Shown here in pieces: positions 11,167-22,027 of a stretch of 64,000 nucleotides of DNA. Position 1 is the stretch's first letter. Each line of letters starts with the position of its first letter. A program made the position numbers and the translations under genes. The stretch is from the NCBI GenBank assembly GCA_963665115.1, contig OY762007.1, positions 4,512,001 to 4,576,000 on the forward strand, in the 5' to 3' direction. Source of the DNA: an uncultured Rivularia sp. (lineage in GTDB: Bacteria; Cyanobacteriota; Cyanobacteriia; Cyanobacteriales; Nostocaceae). Under the pieces are notes generated by a model, which saw only the letters and a list, made by a program, of their open reading frames with translations, was not told the origin of the DNA and searched no databases.

Positions 11167-11976
11167 ATGAAAGAAACACAATTATCCGAAAAAGCCGAAG
11201 CAATTCTTCAAGGAGCAATAAAAGAATTTTTAGTACACGGCTTTGCAGCTACAACGATGGATGGAGTTGCAGCTACAGCTAAAGTCTCGAAAACTACGGT
11301 ATATAGTTATTTTCAGGATAAGGAAACCTTATTTTTAGCTTTAACTGAGCGATTAACAAAGCAGAGGTATGACAGAGTATTTAATCCCCAGAAAGCTCAA
11401 TCCAGCAAAGAAGAAGTAAGCATTGTGCTGCATCGTTTAGCAAACAGTATGTTAGAAGCGATGATGGGCAATGAAGAAGCGCTAGGATTATTACGGATAA
11501 TTATCGGAGAGTCGGGACGTTTTCCTGAATTAGCAAGGGCTTTCGTCACTATCATTAAAAAATCGGCTTTACAGGATTTAACCCAATTATTCGAGTCTCG
11601 TAGCGAACTCAATTTACCCGATGCAGAAGTCGCAGCCAGAATATACATGGGTACATTTATGCATTTCGTGATGACTAGCGAAGTGCTGCACGGTAAAGAC
11701 ATTATGCCAATCGAACGGGATAGGTTAATAGACAACTTGATTCACCTACTAACCAGCAATCAAAGCAATGCAACTACAAAACATAAATCTTCCCGATGCA
11801 ACCGCAGCGATTCGGGTAAATTCCAGCAAGATTACAAAGCCGAGCAAAAACGCTTGCGCTCCATGAGACTCACAGATACAGCTTGGGAAAAACTAGCTGC
11901 CATCGCCGAATCAAATCAACTCAGTCGCAGCGAAGTTATTGAAATGTTTGCACGGGGAGAAGGATTAGAAAAATAA
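11167..11976 (+). CDS. TetR/AcrR regulator with a C-terminal ribbon-helix-helix-like extension
   Basis: HTH GFAATTMDGVAATAKVSKTTVYSYFQDKE; tail RSMRLTDTAWEKLAAIAESNQLSRSEVIE. Confidence 0.88.
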   Translation: MKETQLSEKAEAILQGAIKEFLVHGFAATTMDGVAATAKVSKTTVYSYFQDKETLFLALTERLTKQRYDRVFNPQKAQSSKEEVSIVLHRLANSMLEAMMGNEEALGLLRIIIGESGRFPELARAFVTIIKKSALQDLTQLFESRSELNLPDAEVAARIYMGTFMHFVMTSEVLHGKDIMPIERDRLIDNLIHLLTSNQSNATTKHKSSRCNRSDSGKFQQDYKAEQKRLRSMRLTDTAWEKLAAIAESNQLSRSEVIEMFARGEGLEK

Positions 11977-12158
11977 AGCATTATAAAATGTATATACATG
12001 GAATAAATCTAATTCACCCGAAACTAAAATTATGTATATACACGGCTGTAAATTTACCTGCTGCTATTGCTTATGGTAGATATATTCTATTTTCATGATG
12101 AGCGATTATGCTCAGATGATACTATGGCATCAAAATATAAAAACAGGGGCAAATCAAG

Positions 12159-12911
12159 ATGCTTGCAGAAGAAGATTCTTTGCTCGGACTCGATGATTCT
12201 GCTATTGAAACAAATCGCGATCCTTTGACTGGTGCTATCAGTCTTACTAATGCAGACGGCGATAGCTTCGCTCGCTCCTTCGACGATCGCAATATCTTGC
12301 AGGTAAGTAGTAAAGGAGAAGTTACCGTTCCTACCAGCATCACTACAGTTGAGTTAGGAATTCAAGTAGAAGCAGCAACAGCCGCTGAAGTTCAACAGCA
12401 AGTGGCTCAGCAGGCAACGGCTGTGGTAGATGTGTTAGAAAATCTCGATGTTGAAGAACTTCAAACCACCTCAGTTAGATTGTTTCCAGTCTATAGCTTT
12501 GAAAACGATACTCGAACGTTAACTGGTTTTGAAGGTAGAAACACCCTTTCCTTTGAGTTGCCCAACGAAGAAGCAGGAGCCGCTATAGATGCAGCTATCG
12601 AAGCAGGGGCAAATCTAGTACAAAATATCAGTTTCTCAGCTACAGATGAAGCCTTGCAGCAGGCACGTTTGCAAGCACTCGAACAAGCCGTAGCACAGGC
12701 TCAAACCGAGGCTCAAACAGTTTTTGAGACTTTGAATTTAGTTTCAGAAGAAATAGTTGGCATTGAAATTTTATCAATTGGCGCGTCAAATCCGATTCCC
12801 CAACCCCTCCAATTTGAAGTAAGCGCAGCAAGAGACGCAACAACACCTATAATTGGCAGCAATCAAACAGTAGAAGCGACAGTAGCTTTGGACATTCTTT
12901 ACAGCGAATAG
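12159..12911 (+). CDS. SIMPL/DUF541 family protein
   Basis: VSSKGEVTVP, LQTTSVRLFPVY, IDAAIEAGAN, ARLQALEQAVAQA pattern. Confidence 0.8.
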   Translation: MLAEEDSLLGLDDSAIETNRDPLTGAISLTNADGDSFARSFDDRNILQVSSKGEVTVPTSITTVELGIQVEAATAAEVQQQVAQQATAVVDVLENLDVEELQTTSVRLFPVYSFENDTRTLTGFEGRNTLSFELPNEEAGAAIDAAIEAGANLVQNISFSATDEALQQARLQALEQAVAQAQTEAQTVFETLNLVSEEIVGIEILSIGASNPIPQPLQFEVSAARDATTPIIGSNQTVEATVALDILYSE

Positions 12912-12913
12912 GG

Positions 12914-13274
12914 GATTGGTAATTGGTAATTGGTAATTGGGAATTGGTAATTGGGAATTGGGAATTGGTAATTGGTAATTGGTAATTGGTAATTGGTAAT
13001 TGGGAATTGGTAATTGGGAATTGGTAATTGGTAATTGGTAATTGGTAATTGGTAATTGGTAATTGGTAATTGGTAATTGGTAATTGGTAATTGGTAATTG
13101 GTAATTGGTAATTGGTAATTGGTAATTGGTAATTGGTAATTGGTAATTGGTAATTGGTAATTGGTAATTGGTAATTGGGAGTAGGGCATCGGGAATTGGT
13201 AATTGGTAATTGGTAATTGGTAATTGGTAATTGGTAATTGGTAATTGGTAATTGGTAATTGGTAATTGGTAATT
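12914..13274. repeat. long STRR array (TAATTGG)n, about 50 units
   Basis: direct tandem heptamer with a few GAATTGG variants and one interruption near 13180. Confidence 0.97.
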
Positions 13275-13368
13275 GTTGATTGGGTATTGAGAGCAGCTAG
13301 GGAGCAAGATGCTCCCACTACAAAATGATTTTTTCTACCGCCCTCTCCCCCCTCTCCCCATCACCCCA

Positions 13369-14139
13369 TCACCACGGCAAACGACTGCCATCCCAGGAGA
13401 AAAACTCACCGCTATCTTCTGGTTTAAGGTTAGATATTACACCGAGCAATAAATCAACGGTATGCTCGACGGGGAATAACTTTTCTGGTGGTACATTGCG
13501 CTGAAATGGTTGTGAAAGATTGGTATCTGTAGTACCGGGATGCAAGGTGACAACTATGGTTTTAGGACATCTTCGACTATATTCTATTGCCGTAGTTCTC
13601 ATGAACATATTTAATGCTGCTTTCGATGCTCGATATCCGTACCATCCACCCAAACGGTTGTCGCCGATACTACCTATCTTGGCAGAAATACAGGCAAATA
13701 TATTTTTTTCTTTATGTTTAAATAAAGGCTGTAAATGTTTAGCTAATAAAATTCCCCCGATACTATTTACCTGGAAATAGCGCATTAAATTTTCGGGATT
13801 AATTTGTCGGAGACTTTTTTCGGGCTGTATTTCTCCTTCATGCAAAATTCCCACACAGTTAATTACTAAATGCAGCTTGTCTGTTTCTGCGCTTATCTTC
13901 TCCACCACTGCGGATATTTGGGATTCTTGAGTAATATCCATTGAGAGACAAACTAACTTTTGAGAATATTCGCTTTGTAATGAAATTAATTCGGTAGCAG
14001 AATCAATATTGCGATAAGTCGCGTAAATTTTAGCAATATTATGATCTTGCAATAAAACCTTGACAAAACCCAAACCAATCCCTTGACTAGCACCGACAAT
14101 TAAAGCATTTGCGTTATCAATTTCTTCTATTACTGACAT
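13369..14139 (-). CDS. short-chain dehydrogenase/reductase (CsgA/C-factor-like)
   Basis: GASQGIG, YRASK, LHPGTTDT, WDGSRLPW. Confidence 0.9.
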   Translation of the reverse strand: MSVIEEIDNANALIVGASQGIGLGFVKVLLQDHNIAKIYATYRNIDSATELISLQSEYSQKLVCLSMDITQESQISAVVEKISAETDKLHLVINCVGILHEGEIQPEKSLRQINPENLMRYFQVNSIGGILLAKHLQPLFKHKEKNIFACISAKIGSIGDNRLGGWYGYRASKAALNMFMRTTAIEYSRRCPKTIVVTLHPGTTDTNLSQPFQRNVPPEKLFPVEHTVDLLLGVISNLKPEDSGEFFSWDGSRLPW

Positions 14140-14240
14140 TATCTATAAGAATCCGTTTTGATTTTTAAAATTACTCGTTAGTTAGGGAATTGGGCATTGG
14201 ACATTTGCCATTGGGAATTGTCCCATTAGCATTACCAATC

Positions 14241-14456
14241 CTAATCCTTACTCCAACAGCGCACGCAAAAAGAGAAAACAGATACCACTCCTGCAAGTTC
14301 AATTGCCACTTGAAAAGATGTAGGGCTTAAAGAAAAACCCCAAATTGAAATTAAAGCTCCGATGATAGCGGCTGATATACGAAGAACTTCTTCTTTGATT
14401 TTTATCGCTAGCCAAATAATCGCAAAGCCAATTGTCAAAAATAATAAGTAAGCCAT
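14241..14456 (-). CDS. small membrane protein
   Basis: 71 aa with ATG start and three hydrophobic stretches; co-oriented with the SDR gene. Confidence 0.6.
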   Translation of the reverse strand: MAYLLFLTIGFAIIWLAIKIKEEVLRISAAIIGALISIWGFSLSPTSFQVAIELAGVVSVFSFCVRCWSKD

Positions 14457-14536
14457 TATCTAATAATAAAAAAGCAACATTGAGTAGTAAGTCCGTTATG
14501 GAATAATTATCAAAGCAATATTAAAATATAGACTAA

Positions 14537-14685
14537 TAAGTAGGTAGGCTAGAATAAACAAAACTATGTAACAGAATGTAAAACTATTGAAGTGCTTGTG
14601 ATGATCCACACCTTCGGTGAATGCTTCGTTTCACTCCGTTCCACTCGCAATGACATAGTTATAAATTTTCCCACCCACCTACTTA
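14537..14685. mobile_element. MITE-like element with TAAGTAGGT terminal inverted repeats
   Basis: TAAGTAGGTAGGC..AATAAACAAAACTATGTAAC / ..CCCACCTACTTA; related copy at 56992-57122. Confidence 0.65.
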
Positions 14686-14768
14686 TCTCAATTATTTCTA
14701 TAAATTTGGGAAACATATGATTATACCAACTTAGGTACTAGTTTACACAACCTGTATCCAACTATATT

Positions 14769-15618
14769 ATGAAGCGAAACCTTTTATTTAAAGTAGTATT
14801 GGGGATGACTGCTTTGTTAGGGACAACAAGCTGTACTTCTAATAACACCACCCAAGCAGAAGTTAAAACTCAGCAGGAAATCAAGCTTGGTGGTTCGAGT
14901 AGTACTCATACAGCCATAGAGATTTTAGGTAATGCTTACGCAGTTCAAAATCAAAACATTAAATTTACTTTTTTACCCAAAGGTCAATCTGGAAGTGGTA
15001 TTGTTGGGGTAAAAAAAGGATTAAGGGATATTGCTGGTGTCAGTCGCAAACTTAAACCAGAGGAAGATGATGGTTCTGTGATATACAGGCAACTTGCAAC
15101 TGATGGATTAGTGGTAGCAACTCACGAGAGCGTAAAGGGAATAAGTAATTTAACGACACAGCAACTCAAAGCAATTTATAGTGGTGCTGTGACAAATTGG
15201 CAGGAATTAGGTGGCCCCAAACGAGGAGATTGTAGTTTTAGATCGTCCCGAAGACGAGTCTGCTAAGAGGCTATTACGCAAGTACTATTTAGGAAAAGAA
15301 CTAAAAAATGCTCCGAAGGTAGTAATTATGCGTTATGAACCAGAATTAATTAATGCTTTACAAAATACTCCCTATAGTATTGGTGCTTTTTCCCTTGCTT
15401 ACACCATCTCAAATAAATTGCCAGTTAACCGCCTTAGTCTTAATGGTATAGAACCTACTCCAGAAAATATAAAGTCTGGTAAATATAAGATGGTACGTAG
15501 TATTGGGGTTGTTTGGGATAAAAAACCGTCAGAAGCGACTCAGAAATACTTGGATTTTGTCTTTAGCAAAAAAGGAGCCGACATTTTAAATAATTCTGGC
15601 TTTGTACCATCAACTTAG
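14769..15618 (+). CDS. PstS-like substrate-binding lipoprotein (+1 frameshift near 15215)
   Basis: lipobox LLGTTSC, GGSSST, GQSGSGI, IYSGAVTNWQELGGP, DRPEDES; ORFs join at GGCCCC. Confidence 0.8.
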
Positions 15619-15630
15619 AAATACAAGCCG

Positions 15631-17628
15631 ATGTTGAAAAAAGCATATTCAAAACTCCCTTTAAAAACCAAAATTCTTGTACCTTTACTTTTGGTTTTTA
15701 TGAGTATCTGGACGGTAGGAACTGTCGGCTTCGGCTATTTTTTTACTAACCGTCTAGAAGAAAAACTCAAAGCCGAAACAAAGGGAGTTGCTTCTTTAGT
15801 TACTGGTACTTTGGAGCGCGAAAAACAATTACTATTTCTGAAAGCAAGATGGGTTGCTGACTCGAAAGAAGTTTCTCAGTTAGTAGCTAAAAAAGATCGA
15901 TCTGCATTATTAAGAACTTTATTACCTCTGAAGGAATCCTTGCAACTGGATTTAATTCAAATTATAGATACCAGCGGTAAAATACTCGCACGAGCGCGTC
16001 AGCAAAAAATTATTTTGGTTCAGTTTAATAATGCTGAGATTAATCAAGCGGCTAGTATTGGAATAGATTATTTTGATATTATCGCGACAGAAAATAATAC
16101 AGCTTCACTGCTTATCGGTTTAACTTCGGTAAAGTCTACTGAATCAATTTTGGGTGGGGTAATCGTCGGTACTATAATTGATGATGGCTTACTAACTCGC
16201 ATCCGCTCCAATACAGAACCACATCTAGTTACAATCCAAAATAATCAAGTAACTGCATCCACTCTACCCAGTGCTAAAAGTAATTCATGGCAAGCACCTA
16301 CAATCAAATCTCCGCCTCTAAAAGTTAATATTACAGGAAAAAATTATATTGCTTATGCTCTAGAAATCATTGGATTAAATGATGCAAAATCAAAATTAGT
16401 ATTACTCAATCCTGTCGCTGCTTTAGAGCAGAATCAACAGCAAATGTGGATTAGTATCATTATTTATTCAGTTATTGGAGCGACTTTATTTAGCTTAGTT
16501 GTATTCAAAATTATAACTTTTCTTACTAATCGGATTACCTACTTAACTAAAGCTACACAAACAATAGCACGCGGTGACTTCTCTACCTGTATAGATGTCA
16601 ATGGTAATGATGAAATTAGCATTTTAGCTCAAAGCTTTAACTATATGAGCGAGCAAGTAGCTTTGTTGTTAGAAAAGCAGGAAAATATCAATGAGGAATT
16701 AGAAATATCTAATCAAACTTTAGAGCATAGAGTAGAGCTAAGAACTTTAGAGTTAAATGAAAAGAATAAACATATTCAAGCAACTTTGCAAGAATTACAA
16801 CGTACCCAAGCTCAAGTAATTCAAAGCGAGAAAATGTCTTCATTGGGGCAAATGGTTGCAGGTGTAGCCCATGAAATCAATAATCCGGTGAGCTTTGTAC
16901 ATGGTAATCTCGAACCAGCTTGTATTTACGCTCAAGATTTAATTAGAATCATTGAACTTTACCAGAAACATTATCCGAATCCAGTAGAGGAAATAGAAAC
17001 AGAAATCGAAGCGGTTGAACTTGATTTTCTTAAGGAAGATTTCGTAAAACTGCTTGATTCCATGCAAAATGGAACCGAAAGAATTAAAGAAATAGTTTTA
17101 TCCCTACGAAATTTCTCCCGGCTTGATGAAGCTGATTTCAAGCAAGTAGATATTCATGAGGGAATTGATAGCACCCTACTAATTTTACATAACCGTTTGA
17201 AGCCAACATCTAATCATCCGGAGATTGAGGTGATTAAAGAATATTCTTCTTTACCTAAAATAGATTGTTATGCGGGACAATTGAATCAGGTATTTATGAA
17301 TATTTTAGCTAATGCGATCGATGCATTAGATGATGAAATTAATAAAAATCCAACTTTTACCCCTCAAATTCGAGTTTCTACAGAATTATCTGGAAATTAC
17401 AATATTAAAATTCGTATTGCTGATAACGGTTCGGGAATTCCCCCAAAAATTCAGTCTAAATTATTCGATCCTTTCTTTACAACCAAAGAAGTTGGCAAAG
17501 GTACGGGATTGGGTTTATCTATTAGCTATCAAATTATAGTAGATAAACATCACGGGAATTTATCTTGTAATTCCTCACCCGAAACAGGTACAGAATTTAT
17601 TATTGAAATTCCGATTCGTCAGAGTTGA
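15631..17628 (+). CDS. membrane sensor histidine kinase (periplasmic sensor, HAMP, HisKA, HATPase)
   Basis: two TM segments, HAMP DEISILAQSFN, VAHEINNP, DNGSGI, GKGTGLGL. Confidence 0.92.
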   Translation: MLKKAYSKLPLKTKILVPLLLVFMSIWTVGTVGFGYFFTNRLEEKLKAETKGVASLVTGTLEREKQLLFLKARWVADSKEVSQLVAKKDRSALLRTLLPLKESLQLDLIQIIDTSGKILARARQQKIILVQFNNAEINQAASIGIDYFDIIATENNTASLLIGLTSVKSTESILGGVIVGTIIDDGLLTRIRSNTEPHLVTIQNNQVTASTLPSAKSNSWQAPTIKSPPLKVNITGKNYIAYALEIIGLNDAKSKLVLLNPVAALEQNQQQMWISIIIYSVIGATLFSLVVFKIITFLTNRITYLTKATQTIARGDFSTCIDVNGNDEISILAQSFNYMSEQVALLLEKQENINEELEISNQTLEHRVELRTLELNEKNKHIQATLQELQRTQAQVIQSEKMSSLGQMVAGVAHEINNPVSFVHGNLEPACIYAQDLIRIIELYQKHYPNPVEEIETEIEAVELDFLKEDFVKLLDSMQNGTERIKEIVLSLRNFSRLDEADFKQVDIHEGIDSTLLILHNRLKPTSNHPEIEVIKEYSSLPKIDCYAGQLNQVFMNILANAIDALDDEINKNPTFTPQIRVSTELSGNYNIKIRIADNGSGIPPKIQSKLFDPFFTTKEVGKGTGLGLSISYQIIVDKHHGNLSCNSSPETGTEFIIEIPIRQS

Positions 17629-17887
17629 TTGCTTAATTTGCAAACCTATATGATTTGTAATAATTTCTGCTGTCAATAAACCTGGGTTTTTTACGAATTT
17701 TCTTCGTTTTTAGGCATTAAATGATATTTTATGAGAGATTTCGGGGGAAAATAAAGCTGTATCTACCAGTTTATTTGACAATAATTTAAGATAATCTTTT
17801 TAATAGGTTCGTAGTAGAGGCTTTAGCCTTCTCTTCCAAGGACTAAAGTTCTTACTAAAAACTTAATTTCAATTCAACAATCAACAT

Positions 17888-19054
17888 CTAAATCATCACG
17901 GTTTGTTTTCGCAAACTTTCAACTGTAGAAATAAAATGTTCTGCAACCGTATTAATTTCTTCAACTGTATTAAATCTTCCGATGCCAAAACGCACGGAAG
18001 CATAAGCTAATTTTTCTGAGTGCCCTAATGCTGTCAAAACGTGAGAAGGTGCGGTACTTATTGACGAACAAGCCGAACCAGAGGAAACTGCCATTATTGG
18101 CTGCAATCCTAATAGTAATGCCGAACCATCAACCCCTTCGACGCTAATATTTAAATTTCCCGATAATCTTTGATTAATATCTCCGTTAAGATGAATTGCT
18201 TTTAATTGAGAAATTTGTTTCCATAAGCTTTGTCTAAGTTCGGTAATAAATTCATTTTCTGTAGCTTGATTTTCTATGGCAATTTCTACAGCTTTACCAA
18301 ATCCAACTATTTGCGGTGTATATAATGTACCCGAGCGGATACCCCGTTCTTGCCCCCCACCATGTTGCTGGGAAGCTAACTTCACTCTTGGATTACGGCG
18401 ACGCACGTACAAGGCTCCGACTCCTTTACAACCGTAGACTTTATGTGCTGTTAATGACATTAAGTCAATATTCATTGCTTGTACGTCTAAAGGTATTTTA
18501 CCTATTGCCTGAGCGCTATCTGAATGAAAAATAATATTGCGTTCCCTACACATTGCACCAATTTCTGCGAGCGGTTGCAAAACCCCTATTTCGTTATTTG
18601 CAGCCATGACTGAAACTAAGATGGTGTCGTTGCGAAAGGCTTTTTCTAAGTCTTCGAGATTAATAATTCCATCTTTTTGTACGGGAAGAAAAGTAATTTC
18701 AAAACCGAGAGTTTTTAAATAGTTACAAGGATCGATGACTGCACTATGTTCGGTTTGTAGGGTAATAATATGTTGCCCTTGAGAAAAATAAGCTTCTGCA
18801 ACGCCTTTAATAGCTAAATTATTTGCTTCCGTAGCACCGCTAGTAAAAATGATTTCTTCGGGGCTTGCATTGATGGCTGTTGCGATAATTTCTCGGGCTT
18901 TTTTTACAGCAGCTTCCGCTTCCCAACCGTAAATATGACTAATACTTGAAGGATTACCAAAGTGTTCGGTAAAGTAAGGTAGCATTGCATTCAATACTCT
19001 TTGATCAACAGGTGTTGTAGAGTGGCAATCGAGGTAGATGGGACGTTGAGACAT
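17888..19054 (-). CDS. iscS: cysteine desulfurase IscS/NifS family
   Basis: start at MSQRPIYLDCHSTTP; TAHK PLP-lysine motif, SSGSACSS. Confidence 0.9.
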   Translation of the reverse strand: MSQRPIYLDCHSTTPVDQRVLNAMLPYFTEHFGNPSSISHIYGWEAEAAVKKAREIIATAINASPEEIIFTSGATEANNLAIKGVAEAYFSQGQHIITLQTEHSAVIDPCNYLKTLGFEITFLPVQKDGIINLEDLEKAFRNDTILVSVMAANNEIGVLQPLAEIGAMCRERNIIFHSDSAQAIGKIPLDVQAMNIDLMSLTAHKVYGCKGVGALYVRRRNPRVKLASQQHGGGQERGIRSGTLYTPQIVGFGKAVEIAIENQATENEFITELRQSLWKQISQLKAIHLNGDINQRLSGNLNISVEGVDGSALLLGLQPIMAVSSGSACSSISTAPSHVLTALGHSEKLAYASVRFGIGRFNTVEEINTVAEHFISTVESLRKQTVMI

Positions 19055-19309
19055 GGGATTCGGGGGAATAGGTAATAGGTAATAGTTAACTCTTGACTGT
19101 TGACTGATAAAGCTGCCCAACTTTTTCAGAATACTCAAAACTTGATATAGTTCGTTTTGCCTTCTGAATAATGTAAATTCATCAGACATTGTTAGTTTCA
19201 AGAAAGTAATTGAAAATTTTCTTCTAGGTAAGCAAGATTTATATTTTGGGCTTGGATAATTTGAACCATTTTATTAAAGCAAGCTACTTTAAAGATGATA
19301 ACTTAAAAC

Positions 19310-20779
19310 TTACTTCTTGATAACTGTAGTCCCAGCCAGCCTATCGTGCAAACCTTGCTTTTTAGAAGTAAACTGAATCATAATAAATCCAATCATTAAG
19401 ATTAAAATTGAAACTAATTTACTCCAATATCTGATATTCGCTTTCATCAAAGATATTTGTTTATCGTGTAAATCGGCGACTTTAACACCTAAAATTAATT
19501 TGCCTAATGTAGCTTTTAATTTAGAACTTTCTAAGCCAGTAAAATAAATCCAATTTATAAGCAAATTTATAATTAAAGAAGCTTTGGCGATCGCTGATAC
19601 ATCAGGAGTTAAAAACAGTAGACTGCCAAGTAACCATCCTGATGCTCCAAACCATCCTCCTGCAATACTTTCTCCAATAAATTCATTATCGAAACCAAGT
19701 GAAGAACTTAAAAAACCACCAACAAAGGTACCTATAATTAATAAAAATATTAAATCAATTGTGTAAGCAAAAAATCGTCTAATAAGACTTGCATAATTAT
19801 CATTTTCTTTAACTGTATTCTGCCTATTAATTATAGTAGATGGTATAACTGATTGTTGATTAACTGATTGGTTAGCTAATTTATGACTATTAATTTCAGT
19901 TAGTCTTTGTGAAATAATTTTAGTATTTTCGGGTCTAAAATTTGGGATATTTTCCATCATTTGGTCGAGCAGCGATGCAAATTCTGGTTTTACACCAAGT
20001 GTGCCTTCTTGCCATTTTAATTCACCAGTTTGTACATTATAAAAATCACCCGGTTCTCTTCCAGTAAGCAGGAAAACAAAAGTACGTCCTAAAGCAAAAA
20101 AGTCTGATTGTTGAATTGCTTGTCCGTGCATTTGTTCGGAAGGGGGACTATAACCAGCAGTCATAATTCCCGTAACTTGTCCTTGAACCTGTTTTGCTAT
20201 ATAAGTTTGCGTCACTTCTCGGGCGCTACCAAAATCAATCAAAGCCAAACGACCATTTGGTCTTAACATAATATTTGATGGCTTGATATCGCGATGAAAA
20301 AAGTTTTGACTGTGGACTTTTTGTAGAATATCAACAACTTCGCTTAACCATTGAATTGCTAATTTTTCATCTATAGGACGTTGTTGTCGTTGTCGAATAT
20401 ATTCCCATAAATCCAAGCCTTCAATTTTTTCCATTATCAAGCAATGAAGCGGTTCGGTACTACTTCTAGAAAAATAGACAAAATAACTGTCGGATTCTAC
20501 TTTCGGAATTCCGGGATGATTTAAAGACTTCAAAACCTCCGCTTCCCGTTGGAACAATTCCACAGCTTTAGGATGGTTATTGATCAAAACTTTCAACACC
20601 TTGTTGGTATTACTTCGGGCTTCATTAACCTCATAAGTTTTACCAAAGCCACCACCACCAAGTTCTTTTGTTACCCGATAACGTCCTTCTAGTAGCAATT
20701 CCGAACCGCAACCAAAGCAAAATAAAGTATTGTCGGGATTTTCTGGCTTCTGACACAGAGGATTAATACAGAGGCTCAT
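19310..20779 (-). CDS. Ser/Thr kinase with N-terminal 4-Cys prefix and C-terminal RDD membrane domain
   Basis: CINPLC..FCFGCG, GGGGFG, HRDIKPSN; RRFFAYTID..ATLGK..QGLHDRLAGT. Confidence 0.9.
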   Translation of the reverse strand: MSLCINPLCQKPENPDNTLFCFGCGSELLLEGRYRVTKELGGGGFGKTYEVNEARSNTNKVLKVLINNHPKAVELFQREAEVLKSLNHPGIPKVESDSYFVYFSRSSTEPLHCLIMEKIEGLDLWEYIRQRQQRPIDEKLAIQWLSEVVDILQKVHSQNFFHRDIKPSNIMLRPNGRLALIDFGSAREVTQTYIAKQVQGQVTGIMTAGYSPPSEQMHGQAIQQSDFFALGRTFVFLLTGREPGDFYNVQTGELKWQEGTLGVKPEFASLLDQMMENIPNFRPENTKIISQRLTEINSHKLANQSVNQQSVIPSTIINRQNTVKENDNYASLIRRFFAYTIDLIFLLIIGTFVGGFLSSSLGFDNEFIGESIAGGWFGASGWLLGSLLFLTPDVSAIAKASLIINLLINWIYFTGLESSKLKATLGKLILGVKVADLHDKQISLMKANIRYWSKLVSILILMIGFIMIQFTSKKQGLHDRLAGTTVIKK

Positions 20780-20954
20780 TTTTACGGATGGAGTTACAGC
20801 TTTACGTGATAGTTTAACTCCACTCGTATGTCAAGCAAGAGTAATTTTGTACAAGAAGCATGAGGAGACTGTGAAGAGAAGTTAGGAGTTAGGAATTAGG
20901 AGTTAGGAGTTAGAAGTTATTAAGAATAAACCTTTAATTGATAATTGATAACTG

Positions 20955-21656
20955 TTAACTGGATAAAGCCCACTCATACCCTTTTTTCAGTTTTTCTTTC
21001 ACTTGATTTTCAAGAATACTGCCGTGAGCTACAATAACTCTTTCAAAATCCCACTCAAGTAATTTTTGAATTGAATATTTTACTTTTTGTTTTTCTCGTA
21101 TCGCCAATTTTTCTAATATTGAAGGTTCTAGTTTTTTGTAACCTCCAATTAACTTCATAGTTAACTGAGTTATAAAAGGAAAAGTCTCATCAAAATGAAA
21201 AGCTGTATCGGTTAAAATCAAAGTTCGGCTTTCTCTATGAAAAAAAACAATTTCGTTTAATGGGAATGCTCCTTTAAAATCTAAAATTTTAAATCCCTCA
21301 AATAAAAAATATTCAATTTCATCTTGAGTTCCAAGTTTACCTTGAGTAAGAATTCTATCAAATTTTATATCCTGCCGTTTAGATTCTAAACCGGGAGCAG
21401 CAAAAATCTTTGCGTCTGAATAAATAGATTTGAAATTAGATATAGAAAGATGATGGTAAAGATTAGGAGCAATTATAGTCCCAACTTTACCAAGTTCGTT
21501 GATTTTAGTAATAGTTTTTTGATCCGCGTTAATTGGAGAAATCACTACAATTTCACCATTCTCAAGCCGAATAACGGTCATTCTCGTACCAACCTCCAGC
21601 CCCCAATATTTCAATTTTTGTTCGGCAACCCAGATATTTGTATCAACTTGCAACAT
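20955..21656 (-). CDS. DUF4336 family protein (metallo-beta-lactamase-like)
   Basis: GTRMTVIRL, IAPNLYHH, TLILTD, WDFERVIVAHG. Confidence 0.8.
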   Translation of the reverse strand: MLQVDTNIWVAEQKLKYWGLEVGTRMTVIRLENGEIVVISPINADQKTITKINELGKVGTIIAPNLYHHLSISNFKSIYSDAKIFAAPGLESKRQDIKFDRILTQGKLGTQDEIEYFLFEGFKILDFKGAFPLNEIVFFHRESRTLILTDTAFHFDETFPFITQLTMKLIGGYKKLEPSILEKLAIREKQKVKYSIQKLLEWDFERVIVAHGSILENQVKEKLKKGYEWALSS

Positions 21657-22027
21657 AGTTAATTACCTATAAGGGAACAAAGGAGAGAGGTGAGAGGACA
21701 AAGGAAGTTAGTAGTTAAAGGTTATAAATACATAACTATTAACTGATTACTGGTAATTGGTAACAAAATCCAGATTACCGCGTTCTTGTCCCGATCAAAT
21801 ATAAGCATACCTGAAGTTTTACCTAAACTCTTATTCTTATTCTTATGCTGCTATTCAATAATTCTTTTTTATACATAAAAAATCTAAATACAAGCTTATC
21901 CTAATGACTGATGGCACGGCTCATTAATGCTCTTAACATATAAAAGACTTTTCTAAACCGTAGATATTGTTACGTAATTTATTGTTCTATCTATTACTAT
22001 TATTAATCTAAGCAAACACTAGTAAAT

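Noticed and set aside
12914..13274. CRISPR array
   Set aside because: Pure tandem 7-mers with no spacers; no cas genes or repeat-spacer structure seen anywhere in the window
12786..13318. ORFs encoding ITNYQLP repeats
   Set aside because: Translation of the STRR heptamer array; no good start and overlapping a real gene
19055..19201. N-terminal extension of the cysteine desulfurase
   Set aside because: Runs through intergenic repeat sequence; family-typical start is MSQRPIYLD at 19054
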